Shown one piece after another: positions 9,280 to 18,365 of a stretch of DNA of 52,775 bases. Origin of the DNA: a virus (Duplodnaviria > Caudoviricetes); IMG/VR virus record IMGVR_UViG_3300042569_001606, positions 1-52,775 of that record; one strand, given 5' to 3'. A program made the position numbers and the translations under genes. The stretch's first letter is position 1, and each line of letters opens with the position of its first letter. Below the pieces are notes generated by a model. It did no database searches. It was not told where the DNA came from and worked only from the letters and a program-made list of their open reading frames with translations.

Positions 9280-10123
9280 CTTTGCCGCATTCATCCTCAC
9301 GCATGGCCGACCCGATCGCGTCCACACCTACAAGACGCTGATGGAAGCCGGCTACACCGGCAAGGTGTATTTCATCGTTGACGACGAGGACGTCACCGCC
9401 GATGCCTACCGCGCACGATTCGGTGAAGAGCGTGTGTTGACGTTCAGCAAAGCGGAGGCTGCCAAGCTGTTCGACATCGGCGACAACTTCGAGGGCCGAC
9501 GCGGCGTGGTCTACGCTCGCAACGCTGCTTGGGGTCTTGCTCGCTCAGTGGGGCTGAAGCACTTCATTGCCCTCGACGATGACTACACGAGCCTGTTCTA
9601 CCGCTACGACAGTCGGGGCGCCTACGGCTCTTTCCGCATCCGCCGCACCGTCGACGATCTGCTGGAAGCGCTTGTGGCGTTCATGGAGGCGACGCCCGCT
9701 CTGACCATCACGATCTCCCAGGGCGGTGACCACATCGGCGGCGCGAACGACACGCTGAGGCTCAAGCGCAAAGCGATGAACACTTTTGTGTGCTCGGTGG
9801 ATCGCCCGTTCCGATTCGATGGCCGCATCAACGAAGACGTCAACGCCTACGTCATGGAGGCTCGACGTGGGCGTTGCATGTTCACCCTCATGCAAGCGCA
9901 GGTGAACCAGCTGATGACGCAGAGCAACGCTGGAGGGATGACCGAGCTGTATCTGGACAGCGGCACCTACGTGAAGAGCTTCTACAGCGTGATGCTGGAA
10001 CCGAGCTGCGTGCGGATCGGCCAGCTCGCCGATCCGAGGTCACCGCACTGGCGCTTCCACCACGCGATCAACTGGCGGAACGCTGCTGTCCAGATCGTCC
10101 ACGAACGACACCGGAAGATCTGA
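9269..10123 (+). CDS. GT-A fold glycosyltransferase-like protein (GREB1/TET-associated GT type)
   Basis: ILTHGRP, YARN, LDDDY (DxD), NEDVN and QSNAGGMT motifs. Confidence 0.7.
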   Translation: MRSDFAAFILTHGRPDRVHTYKTLMEAGYTGKVYFIVDDEDVTADAYRARFGEERVLTFSKAEAAKLFDIGDNFEGRRGVVYARNAAWGLARSVGLKHFIALDDDYTSLFYRYDSRGAYGSFRIRRTVDDLLEALVAFMEATPALTITISQGGDHIGGANDTLRLKRKAMNTFVCSVDRPFRFDGRINEDVNAYVMEARRGRCMFTLMQAQVNQLMTQSNAGGMTELYLDSGTYVKSFYSVMLEPSCVRIGQLADPRSPHWRFHHAINWRNAAVQIVHERHRKI

Positions 10124-10125
10124 AG

Positions 10126-10178
10126 TAGACAGCAGGCGGTGATTCTCCTAAAAGAGAATCACCGGCGCGGGATGCGCC
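10126..10178 (+). promoter_or_regulatory. Sigma70-like promoter with overlapping palindrome, plus hairpin copy E
   Basis: TAGACA-17bp-TAAAAG; GGTGATTCTC/GAGAATCACC inverted repeat 10138-10163; GGCGC GGGAT GCGCC 10164-10178. Confidence 0.65.
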
Positions 10179-10193
10179 TCACGAGGAACCGCA

Positions 10194-11066
10194 ATGAGCG
10201 CCGAGAACAAAACCACAAGCCTGCTGCCGTCGATCTCTGTCGTCGACGTCGTGCGCCACCGCAACGAGATCGTCGACAAGCTCAAGCAAGCCGCAGGAAT
10301 CTTTGGCGAGGCCGTCGCCATCGGCAAGAGCATGGAGGTCTACGGGCTCGACGCTTCGCTGTCGCTGTCGGTGTCCAGCTACTCGCACCGCCTCGGCTGG
10401 TTCGGCGACAAGGAGCTGACCGAGCAGCTGACGAAAGACGTCGACCGTCGCATCTGGCAGACGCTCATCGAGCGCAGCGGGATCAAGACCTTCATGGATT
10501 CCGAGGCACGCGAAGCCTTCCACAAAGACCTGATGGACCGAGCCCCGCCGATCTCTGTCGAGAACGTCACGGCCACCTTCGCCTCTCTGCACGATCGCCG
10601 CGCCGAGATGTTTGAGCGCGGTGTGGTGAACCTGTTCCGCCGTCGCTCGTGGGACTTCAAGACCAACAGCCCGGTCGCCTTCGGCAACAAGATGATCCTC
10701 CGCAGCGGCTGCGAGACGCGCTGGGGTGGACGCTGGGGCCTCGGCATCATGGCCGGCACGAGCGACGCCCTCGACGACATCCTGCGCGTTCTGGCGGTGC
10801 TCGCTGGGCACCCCGAGCCCGACCACCGTCAGGGCTCCGCCGCGCAGATCGTCGCCCAGCCGTGGGGCCCCAACGATCCCGTCGCGGTCATCGGTGTGCC
10901 TGGGTGCACGCCAGCGCTGCCGATGTTCGAGGTCAAAGGCTTCCGCAACGGCAACATCCACATCCGCTTCGTCCAACCGCAGCTGATCCAGAAGCTGAAC
11001 CGGATCGTGGCGAAGCATCACCCCAACATGCTGCCCCCCAGCGAAAAGGAAGTGGCCAATGGTTGA
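10194..11066 (+). CDS. DUF4942-like protein
   Basis: IWQTLIERSG..FERGVVNLF..FKTNSP..FEVKGFRNGNIHIRF pattern recalled for this family. Confidence 0.75.
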   Translation: MSAENKTTSLLPSISVVDVVRHRNEIVDKLKQAAGIFGEAVAIGKSMEVYGLDASLSLSVSSYSHRLGWFGDKELTEQLTKDVDRRIWQTLIERSGIKTFMDSEAREAFHKDLMDRAPPISVENVTATFASLHDRRAEMFERGVVNLFRRRSWDFKTNSPVAFGNKMILRSGCETRWGGRWGLGIMAGTSDALDDILRVLAVLAGHPEPDHRQGSAAQIVAQPWGPNDPVAVIGVPGCTPALPMFEVKGFRNGNIHIRFVQPQLIQKLNRIVAKHHPNMLPPSEKEVANG

Positions 11067-11337
11067 GCCAGCGACAGAGCGCTACCTGCGCGCACAGATC
11101 GAAGCCCTCCGCACCGACGCCAAGATCGTCGCCCAGCACCGTGAGGCTGAGCGCGCCATGTACCGCACGCGCATCGACGCGCTCAAAGGTGCGCTGGAGA
11201 AGGCCGCGTTGCGCAACTTTGCCTCTGGCCCGTGCTTCTGCACGGTGCCGATCCCCGAGGGCACCGCCCATCACCTCAGCTGCCAGCACATCCGCAACGT
11301 GCTCGCCAACGACGGAAAGGTGGTCACCAATGGCTGA
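11059..11337 (+). CDS. Hypothetical protein
   Basis: AGGA RBS, overlaps neighbours, CFC..HH..C. Confidence 0.6.
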   Translation: MVEPATERYLRAQIEALRTDAKIVAQHREAERAMYRTRIDALKGALEKAALRNFASGPCFCTVPIPEGTAHHLSCQHIRNVLANDGKVVTNG

Positions 11338-11821
11338 CCTCGAAGCTGAGCACCGTGAACTTTTGAAAGCACGCGATGACCTCGCCAGCGTTGCCCAAGC
11401 GTGGGCCAGCAAGTGCGCTGAGCAATCCGCACAAATCAAGGAGCTGGAGAAGGAGCGCGAGAAGCTGATCGACGAGTGTTGCCGTTTTGAAAACGCCAAC
11501 GTTGCTCTTGTCGACGAGAGAAAGCGGCTGACCGACGCGTTGGCCTACTGCTTCGATCGTCGCGGCATCAACTTCTCATACGACGAGTGGGCGGAGTTGT
11601 GCGTCAAAGCGCTGGGTCGACAGCCCGCCGCCCTCGGCGCCGGCAACGATGGCCCAGGCACGCTGCGCGCCGAGAAGGCGGAGGCTGAGGTTGCTCGGCT
11701 CCGTGTTGAGCTTGCTGAGTCTGAGGCCACCGTCGCCGACCTGAACCGGCAGATCGACGAGGCCCACCGAGACAATGCGCAGCTGATCTTGTCGGCCATG
11801 CACCGGGAAGGTGGCCAGTGA
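11330..11821 (+). CDS. Coiled-coil hypothetical protein
   Basis: Heptad-rich; AEKAEAEVARLR motif typical of phage early proteins. Confidence 0.65.
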   Translation: MADLEAEHRELLKARDDLASVAQAWASKCAEQSAQIKELEKEREKLIDECCRFENANVALVDERKRLTDALAYCFDRRGINFSYDEWAELCVKALGRQPAALGAGNDGPGTLRAEKAEAEVARLRVELAESEATVADLNRQIDEAHRDNAQLILSAMHREGGQ

Positions 11822-12501
11822 AAGAGCACGGCATTCTCTTCAAAGACGAGATGGTGCGGGCTCTGATCGCGGGCCTGAAGACCGAGACGCGGCGCGCGAT
11901 CAAGGGCATCCCTCCTGACTTCATCGGCGGCGACACCGCGTTCGTCACCGATGGTTCCCGCTGGGCAGTGTCGCGGTCGTTCCTCGACAGACGCGGTGTT
12001 GGATGCTTCCCCGAGGGCGACGCCGCTCTGCGTCACACCTTCGGCTCCCCTGGGTGCACGCTGTGGGTGCGTGAAGTCTGGGATCTTACGAAGTCCGCTT
12101 GGGTGAACGACGACGACGACCAGATCCGTTTCGTTGGCCCAGCGTCCAAAGATCCACGAGGCCATGCGTTGAACGACTGGCGTCTGAGCTTTCGAGCTGA
12201 TGACCAGTACCCAGCGGAGGCCAAATGGCGCTCATCTTTGCTGATGCCTCGATGGGCAGCACGGATCACCGCCACGCTTGTCGAGGTCGAGCCCCAGAAG
12301 CTGGGCCAGATCACCGAGGCCGACGCGGCAGCCGAGGGCATGGCCCTTGTCGCCAAGGAACGCGGTTGGGGTCGCATGCCGCTGCGTGAAGTCTTCTACC
12401 GCTACTTCGCAGAGATTCACGGCGGAAAACCTGACGACGACATGCCGGTCTGGGTTGTCCGTTTCAAGGATGTCGTTGTCGGGAAGGCGGGTGGCTCGTG
12501 A
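11818..12501 (+). CDS. ASCH/PUA-like phage protein
   Basis: ILFKDEMVRALIAGLKTETRR, LWVREVW, MPRWAARI, ITEADAAAEG, PVWVVRF. Confidence 0.8.
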   Translation: MKEHGILFKDEMVRALIAGLKTETRRAIKGIPPDFIGGDTAFVTDGSRWAVSRSFLDRRGVGCFPEGDAALRHTFGSPGCTLWVREVWDLTKSAWVNDDDDQIRFVGPASKDPRGHALNDWRLSFRADDQYPAEAKWRSSLLMPRWAARITATLVEVEPQKLGQITEADAAAEGMALVAKERGWGRMPLREVFYRYFAEIHGGKPDDDMPVWVVRFKDVVVGKAGGS

Positions 12502-12827
12502 GCGTGCGCAGCGGTACCGACCACCAGATCCTCGTGCGCATCAAGCGCGGCGACAGCGGCGCAAGCATCGTCGACGAGCTGGGTTGCTCTTACGCCCGGA
12601 TCAGAGCGATCGCGAAGGCGCACGGCATCGAGCGCAAGACCACGGGCGGAGCCGTTGCCCGCCTGTCCGGGGAATACCCCCTGAAAACGCAGCACGACCC
12701 ACGGAGAATCACGCCGTGGGTCCGGGTGGCCCTCCCAGTGGGTTGGGCCGTTTCCGTGAGCTACGACGGCTTGGGCGACGAGGTGATCGTGCTCAGGCGA
12801 AGGGAGCCAGATGCGATCGACGAATGA
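12498..12827 (+). CDS. Small HTH-containing protein
   Basis: SGASIVDELGCSYARIRAI. Confidence 0.55.
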   Translation: MSVRSGTDHQILVRIKRGDSGASIVDELGCSYARIRAIAKAHGIERKTTGGAVARLSGEYPLKTQHDPRRITPWVRVALPVGWAVSVSYDGLGDEVIVLRRREPDAIDE

Positions 12828-13737
12828 CCTTGTGGCCGTGGACCTGTTCGCAGGCCTCGGCGGCTTCTCCACCGGCGCTGTACTGGCCGGGGCTCGTGTC
12901 GCGTGGGCGGCGAACCACTGGAAGCGGGCCGTTGAGCTCCACGAAGCCAACCACCCCGACACGATCCACGCGTGCCAGGACCTCCACCAAGCCGACTTCA
13001 CCAAGGTGCCCGACCACGACGTCATGCTGGCCTCGCCTGCGTGCCAAGGTCACAGCCGCGCACGCGGGGGCAACACCGACGCATCGGCTGACCTGTCGAG
13101 GTCGACGGCGTGGGCGGTGGTCGCTGCGGCGGAGGTGAAGCGCCCTCCTTTCGTCGTCGTCGAGAACGTGCCCGACTTCGTGCGCTGGAAGCTGTTCCCC
13201 GCGTGGCTGAGCGCCATGAATGCGCTGGGCTACCACGTCGAGCCCCACGAGGTGGACAGCGCCGATCACGGGGTGCCTCAGAACCGTGAGCGCCTGTTTC
13301 TGGTGTGCTCGCTGCGGGCTCCGCTTCGGTTGGTGCTCCCTCGCAGGCCGCACGTCAGCGCCAGCAGCTTCGTGCAGATGGGCGAGGGCCGCTGGTCGGA
13401 GGTCCACCGCCCTGGCCGAGCTGCGGCGACGCTGGCGCGGGTGTCCTGGGGTCGGCAGCACATCGGCGACCAGTTCCTGATCTGCTACTACGGCAACACC
13501 TCGACGGCGCGATCGTTGACCCGCCCCATCGGCACCATCACGACGCGGGACCGCTGGGCGATCGTCGACGGTGACCGAATGCGGATGCTCAGCGCAGAAG
13601 AGTGCAAGGCTGCGATGGGCTTTCCGTCGTCGACGAAGCTGCCGCAGAAGCACGCCGAGGCCGTCCACATGCTGGGCAACGCGGTGTGCCCTCCCGTGGC
13701 GGCGGACATCATCACCGAGATTGCGAGGGCCGCGTGA
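12811..13737 (+). CDS. DNA cytosine-5 methyltransferase
   Basis: DLFAGLGG, SPACQGHS, VENV, QNRERLF, LGNAV motifs. Confidence 0.93.
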   Translation: MRSTNDLVAVDLFAGLGGFSTGAVLAGARVAWAANHWKRAVELHEANHPDTIHACQDLHQADFTKVPDHDVMLASPACQGHSRARGGNTDASADLSRSTAWAVVAAAEVKRPPFVVVENVPDFVRWKLFPAWLSAMNALGYHVEPHEVDSADHGVPQNRERLFLVCSLRAPLRLVLPRRPHVSASSFVQMGEGRWSEVHRPGRAAATLARVSWGRQHIGDQFLICYYGNTSTARSLTRPIGTITTRDRWAIVDGDRMRMLSAEECKAAMGFPSSTKLPQKHAEAVHMLGNAVCPPVAADIITEIARAA

Positions 13738-13979
13738 AGAGTTTCACTGTTGCTTTGCTTCTGACCCTGTCTGCGTGCGCTCCTGTCGAGGTGGTCACCT
13801 GCGAGCGGGTGCCCGTCTCCCCAATGTTCACCCGAATCGAGTGCAGCGATGGCGATGTGCGAGCCATCGTTGGCTGCCCCGCCAACGCCGTCGAAGTCAC
13901 CGACATCCACTGCGAGTGCAAAGACGGGTTCAACATGACGTTTGTCGACGAGACGTTTGTTTGCTTGGAGGCGCCGTGA
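13734..13979 (+). CDS. Small Cys-rich lipoprotein
   Basis: MKSFTVALLLTLSAC signal peptide with lipobox. Confidence 0.6.
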   Translation: MKSFTVALLLTLSACAPVEVVTCERVPVSPMFTRIECSDGDVRAIVGCPANAVEVTDIHCECKDGFNMTFVDETFVCLEAP

Positions 13980-14293
13980 AGAACCCGACCGGCAAGCTGA
14001 CCGGTGTCGTCAGGCGGAGGATGCCGGACCCTGACGGCCTTTTCACCGACACCCACGTTGAGGTCTTCGAGCCAGAAGGCGCCACTGTTCCCGGCGTCAT
14101 CAAGGAGTTCGCCCAGGACAAGACCGGCACGATCGTCGAGGTTCTGGTGGACTGCGGCGCTCACTTCACGGAGGCCAACGAGCCCTGCGGAGTCGTGCGC
14201 TTTGCATGGAACGCTCAAGCATGTCGCTTCGTGTGGCCGCAGGCTTCTGCGCGGTACGTGACCCATTTCCTCACGAAGATGGAGGCCCAGTGA
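13976..14293 (+). CDS. Hypothetical protein
   Basis: GGAGG RBS, GTGA overlap. Confidence 0.6.
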   Translation: MKNPTGKLTGVVRRRMPDPDGLFTDTHVEVFEPEGATVPGVIKEFAQDKTGTIVEVLVDCGAHFTEANEPCGVVRFAWNAQACRFVWPQASARYVTHFLTKMEAQ

Positions 14294-14517
14294 GCTACGA
14301 CAAGTTCAGCCTCGACGTCCTGCGCATCCTTGCGGTGCCGGAGTTCTGCGCCCTGGACACCGCCGAGCAGCGCAGTGCTTGGGCAAAGTCCCACGGCGTT
14401 CCCGGACCCCTGAGCGAAGCACTCGTGCGGCGGGCTCGTGCTGCCTGCGAGCGCCGAGAAGACAACAAGCGGTTGGGCCTCCCCGACCCCATCCGACCCA
14501 AGAAGGAAAAACCATGA
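14290..14517 (+). CDS. Hypothetical protein
   Basis: GGAGG RBS, GTGA overlap. Confidence 0.6.
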   Translation: MSYDKFSLDVLRILAVPEFCALDTAEQRSAWAKSHGVPGPLSEALVRRARAACERREDNKRLGLPDPIRPKKEKP

Positions 14518-15185
14518 ATCCACCAAAAGCGATTTGTTCTTGTCGAGGTGAGATCATCGGCGACGCGATCTGCTCCAAATGCTTGGGCTTTGGGTGGATG
14601 TGGGCTGACGGTGTGCCGCCGACGATGTGCACTGGTGGTGGTGCTCAGCCAAAGGCTGCAATCCTTCAAGGCCGGAGCCCGACAGACCTGACGTGCGGGC
14701 GCACGGGAAAAACCTGCCCTGGCTGCGATCGCAATGCGGTCGACATCGGAGGGCCTCAAGACCGCCAGCGAACGATCGACTGGCAGGTTGCTCAGCGCTT
14801 GAAGGTGCGCCCGCTGATCCCCAACGATGTCGAGCACCTTGATCCCGGCATCAAAGACCTTGTCGTGACGTTGCGTGGCCTCGGCGTGAAAACCACCGAC
14901 AGCGGCGACGGCGTGAGCAAGTTGCCCGGAGGCTACTGGGATCGCCTTGGGTTTCAGCCCTACGATCCTGCGGATGTGATCCCACACCGCCACGTCGTCA
15001 TCGTCGAGGAAAGCCGCGACGTGATCGGGCCTACTCTCGAAATGTTCCTTGAGCACGCCACCGGTGATTGGTCTTTCGACATCTCGGTGCTTCCGTCACC
15101 GCGCCGCCCGATCTGCATCGTGGCGGTCCAAAAGCAACTGCCCGACGAGGGTGCGGTGTGGCGATGCCAGACACCGTCACGCTGA
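14514..15185 (+). CDS. Hypothetical protein with Cys-rich N-terminus
   Basis: AAGGA RBS, ATGA overlap; CSC..CSKC..C..C..CPGC. Confidence 0.6.
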   Translation: MNPPKAICSCRGEIIGDAICSKCLGFGWMWADGVPPTMCTGGGAQPKAAILQGRSPTDLTCGRTGKTCPGCDRNAVDIGGPQDRQRTIDWQVAQRLKVRPLIPNDVEHLDPGIKDLVVTLRGLGVKTTDSGDGVSKLPGGYWDRLGFQPYDPADVIPHRHVVIVEESRDVIGPTLEMFLEHATGDWSFDISVLPSPRRPICIVAVQKQLPDEGAVWRCQTPSR

Positions 15186-15337
15186 CCTGCGCCCACTGCG
15201 GCGTGTCGTTTGAGCGCCCCAAGCGCTGGACCTCGAACAAGACCGGCCTGACCTGTTGCTACTCCGAAGCCTGCAAGCGAGCGCGCTGGGCAGCGTCCAG
15301 GGCGAAGCTGCGGGCGAAGGCCAAGGTGGAGGGCTGA
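15164..15337 (+). CDS. Small zinc-finger protein
   Basis: CAHCG...CC....C; GAGG RBS. Confidence 0.6.
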   Translation: MPDTVTLTCAHCGVSFERPKRWTSNKTGLTCCYSEACKRARWAASRAKLRAKAKVEG

Positions 15338-15510
15338 CCCGATGGCGAGGTGGTGGTGGATGTCGCCCTGGGGTTGGATCTCCTACGAATCCGCCTTGGC
15401 CCGTGGGGAGCCCGTCGCCTACGGCATGGCGTATGCGTTTTTCATCGGAGGGCGGTGCACCGGAAAGCGAGCCTGCCGAGGGAGTACGCTGGGAAAAACA
15501 CCGGACTGAG

Positions 15511-15541
15511 AAGCGGCGCCACCTCGGCGCCGTTTTTCGTT
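15511..15541 (+). terminator. Putative intrinsic terminator
   Basis: AAGCGGCGCC/GGCGCCGTTT stem plus T-tract. Confidence 0.6.
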
Positions 15542-15884
15542 CTGCGACCGGATCGCGCAGGGCCCAACTCCCCGTCACCTCCCTCCGCTCCCAGCACCAA
15601 CCACCCTTTCCACCCTCCCCACCACACCGCCCCAAGCACCTCCCAATCCCTGAGAAAGAACCAAGGGGACCGGGAACCCACCCAGAGGGACAGCAGCGGT
15701 CTGCGAGCGGCACGCGACGAACAGGGACCACCACCGGCACACGGGAGGAACGGGCCTCAGGCGGCAGCAGCCCAATGGGCAGGGGGAACACCAGTGCGTG
15801 GGCGGGTGGGGACGTGGGAGGCACACGACGGGCACGCCTCAGCGCACGAAAACAGGTAGTCTGGCACGTGAGGAGGGCACTTCC

Positions 15885-16544
15885 GTGACCCAAGAGCACA
15901 CGAAGCAACCAAAACCGTTCAAGGTGCCGGTCGAGCTGCGGCACACGAAGGAGACCAAGGACGCGCCGCGCCCGCTGCTGCATGAGCCAATCTGGGAACG
16001 CCAGGATCGCGAGAGCGGGCGGGCATTCGACGCCTTCACCACCTACCGGGATCTGGGCCTGACGCGAACGATCCGAGCCGCTTGCGCCGCGCAGGGCATC
16101 ACGCTGCGGCTCGGCAACCGCTTCTCGACGCGGTGGCGCTGGGCAGAACGCGCGCTGGCGCACGACCGGATGAGGGATCAGGCGAAGGACGAAGCTGCCG
16201 TGAAGAAGGCCCAAGAGTTGGGCGAGAAGCACGCCCGGATCGCAGGCCAGCACCTCGCCGCCCTGCTCGCCCCGGTGGCGGAGCTGGGCAAGCGCCTCGG
16301 TGCCGGCAACGCCGACGGCAAGAAGCTGGACCTGACGAAGTTGAGCGACGCCGACCTGCTGCGCATGGTCCAGCGGAACGGCCCCGTGGTGCGCAACCTT
16401 GCCGAGCTGGAACGGCTCTCCAACGGGCTGCCCAACACGATCACCGCCGCGACCGACACGTCAGGCAAGGACGTGCAGCCGGTGCCGCAACAGACTGTCG
16501 TCGACGCCCTGCGGGAGATGTTCGCGAAAGGAAAGAAACCGTGA
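15885..16544 (+). CDS. Putative terminase small subunit
   Basis: WERQDRESGRAFDAFTTYRDLG..RWRWAERALAHD; AGGAGG RBS; lies upstream of terL. Confidence 0.7.
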   Translation: MTQEHTKQPKPFKVPVELRHTKETKDAPRPLLHEPIWERQDRESGRAFDAFTTYRDLGLTRTIRAACAAQGITLRLGNRFSTRWRWAERALAHDRMRDQAKDEAAVKKAQELGEKHARIAGQHLAALLAPVAELGKRLGAGNADGKKLDLTKLSDADLLRMVQRNGPVVRNLAELERLSNGLPNTITAATDTSGKDVQPVPQQTVVDALREMFAKGKKP

Positions 16545-16705
16545 AAGCCCTCTTCGTGTTCTCGGCCTTCGCCTCCAGCGTGCTCGCCTGCGTCGGCGCT
16601 TACCTTGCCGTGATGTCAGACCACGTCGTCGTCACGGTCCTTTGGATCGTCGTCTCGACAGTCCACGGTGCATCGGCTGCGTTTAAGTGGCGCAACATCG
16701 CCTGA
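16541..16705 (+). CDS. Small two-TM membrane protein
   Basis: GTGA overlap; two hydrophobic stretches. Confidence 0.5.
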   Translation: MKALFVFSAFASSVLACVGAYLAVMSDHVVVTVLWIVVSTVHGASAAFKWRNIA

Positions 16706-16772
16706 CTTCGGCCTGAGTATATAAGTTTTGCCGGGCTGGTACCCAACTCCAGCGCTCCCACGGATACAATAA

Positions 16773-18272
16773 ATGTCGAAGAAGACTCCAGCGAAGCCCG
16801 AGGCGCCGCAGGGCAACTACGTGCTCGCTCCGCCTGACCCCGACGTCGCCATGCACTTCATCCGGGAGTTCCTGGGGGAAACGCTCTGGGACAAGCAGCA
16901 GGACATCGTGCGGGCCGTCTTCACCGACGCAGGCACCGTTGCCGTGGCCTCCTGCACCGGCGCCGGGAAAACCCGCGTGGCCGCTGCGATCGCGCTGGCG
17001 TGGGTGTGCACGGGCTGCCTGCGCACGGCGGTCACCACCGCGCCGACGGGCCGTCAGGTGCGGGAGCTGCTGTGGAAGGAGCTGCGCAAGCTGTACCGGC
17101 AGGCGGCGGCGAACGGGCACCCCATCGGCGGCACCCTCCCGCCCCGAGCCCCTGAGCTGCGTTTCGAGGAAGACTGGGCGGTGCTGGGCTTCTCGTCGAG
17201 CGACGAGGTGAACATGCAGGGCTTCCACACACCGGGTGGCACCCTGTTCATTCTCGATGAGGCCATGGGCGTGAAGGAGGGCCACTGGGACGCCATCAAG
17301 GGCACGCTGACGGGTGGGTACGACCGCCTGCTGGCCATCGGGAACCCGACGACGCCCGCAGGCCGCTTCTACGAGCTGTTCAAGCCGAAGCGGAAGGGCA
17401 GCCCGGTCAAGGTGGCGCGCATCCACATCAGCGCGTTCGACAGCCCTAACTACAAAGCCGCTGCCGCTGCCGAAGCCGCAGGCGAGGTTGCTGGCCCAGA
17501 GTGCGAGGTCATCCCCGGCATCGTGACGAAAAAGTACGTCGACGAACGCCGGGAGGAGTGGGGCGAGGACAGCCCGTTGTGGAAGGCCCGCGTTCTGGGC
17601 GAGTTCCCCGACCAAGCCGACAACGTGCTCATCCCGATCGCGTGGATCGACGCGGCGATCGAACGCTGGAAGGACACGACCGCTGCGGGGAAGGTGCCGA
17701 CCGAGGGCGACCGGGAAGCAGGCTTGGACGTGGCCCGCTTTGGCGACGACAAGAGCGTGCTGGGCACCGTGCTCTGGAGCCCGCGCCTGACCTGGGTGTA
17801 TGAGCTCACGAAGCGCACGAAGGCCGACACGATGGCGATCGCAGGGATGGCCGCTGTTGCGATCCGAGATCTGGGGCTCGTGCGCTGCCGCGTCGACGCC
17901 GACGGTGTCGGTGCTGGTGTCTACGACCGGCTGGCGGAGCTGGGCCTGCCCGCCATCGAGATGCGCGGCGGCATGCGCGCCAGCGACACCACCCGCTTCG
18001 TGAACGCCCGCAGCGAGTGGCACTGGCAGTTCCGGGAGGCTTTGCGGCCCGACGCGCCGATCCCGCTGGCCCTCCCCGACGATGCCGCACTGTTGTTTCA
18101 GGCGACCACGATCCGCTACCGCCTCGACAGCTCAGGCCGCATCGAGGTCGAGAGCAAGGAGACGTGGCGCCGACGGACCGAGAAAAGCAGCCCCGACGAA
18201 CTGGACGCGGTGGCGTACACGCTGGCGAAGGGCGCCGGATCTCCGGGCGGTGTCGAGGTGTCGTGGATCTGA
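16773..18272 (+). CDS. terL: Terminase large subunit
   Basis: Walker A TGAGKT, Walker B FILDEA, IGNP coupling motif, nuclease GLDVARFGDD, SPDELDA. Confidence 0.93.
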   Translation: MSKKTPAKPEAPQGNYVLAPPDPDVAMHFIREFLGETLWDKQQDIVRAVFTDAGTVAVASCTGAGKTRVAAAIALAWVCTGCLRTAVTTAPTGRQVRELLWKELRKLYRQAAANGHPIGGTLPPRAPELRFEEDWAVLGFSSSDEVNMQGFHTPGGTLFILDEAMGVKEGHWDAIKGTLTGGYDRLLAIGNPTTPAGRFYELFKPKRKGSPVKVARIHISAFDSPNYKAAAAAEAAGEVAGPECEVIPGIVTKKYVDERREEWGEDSPLWKARVLGEFPDQADNVLIPIAWIDAAIERWKDTTAAGKVPTEGDREAGLDVARFGDDKSVLGTVLWSPRLTWVYELTKRTKADTMAIAGMAAVAIRDLGLVRCRVDADGVGAGVYDRLAELGLPAIEMRGGMRASDTTRFVNARSEWHWQFREALRPDAPIPLALPDDAALLFQATTIRYRLDSSGRIEVESKETWRRRTEKSSPDELDAVAYTLAKGAGSPGGVEVSWI

Positions 18273-18295
18273 TCTCAACAAAAAGAACATCAGCG

Positions 18296-18350
18296 CTTTC
18301 CTTTTTATGGGAAACGCCGTAGAACAGATCACACGGTGCGGGATGCACCG
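18296..18350 (+). promoter_or_regulatory. Promoter-hairpin cassette D
   Basis: CTTTCCTTTTTATGGGAAACGCCGTAGAAC then CGGTGC GGGAT GCACCG then GAGGAG. Confidence 0.75.
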
Positions 18351-18365
18351 CACGAGGAGCCCACA

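Noticed and set aside
15177-16253. Overlapping ORFs across the pre-terS region
   Set aside because: Low-complexity Pro/Arg/Gly translations with no convincing RBS or motif
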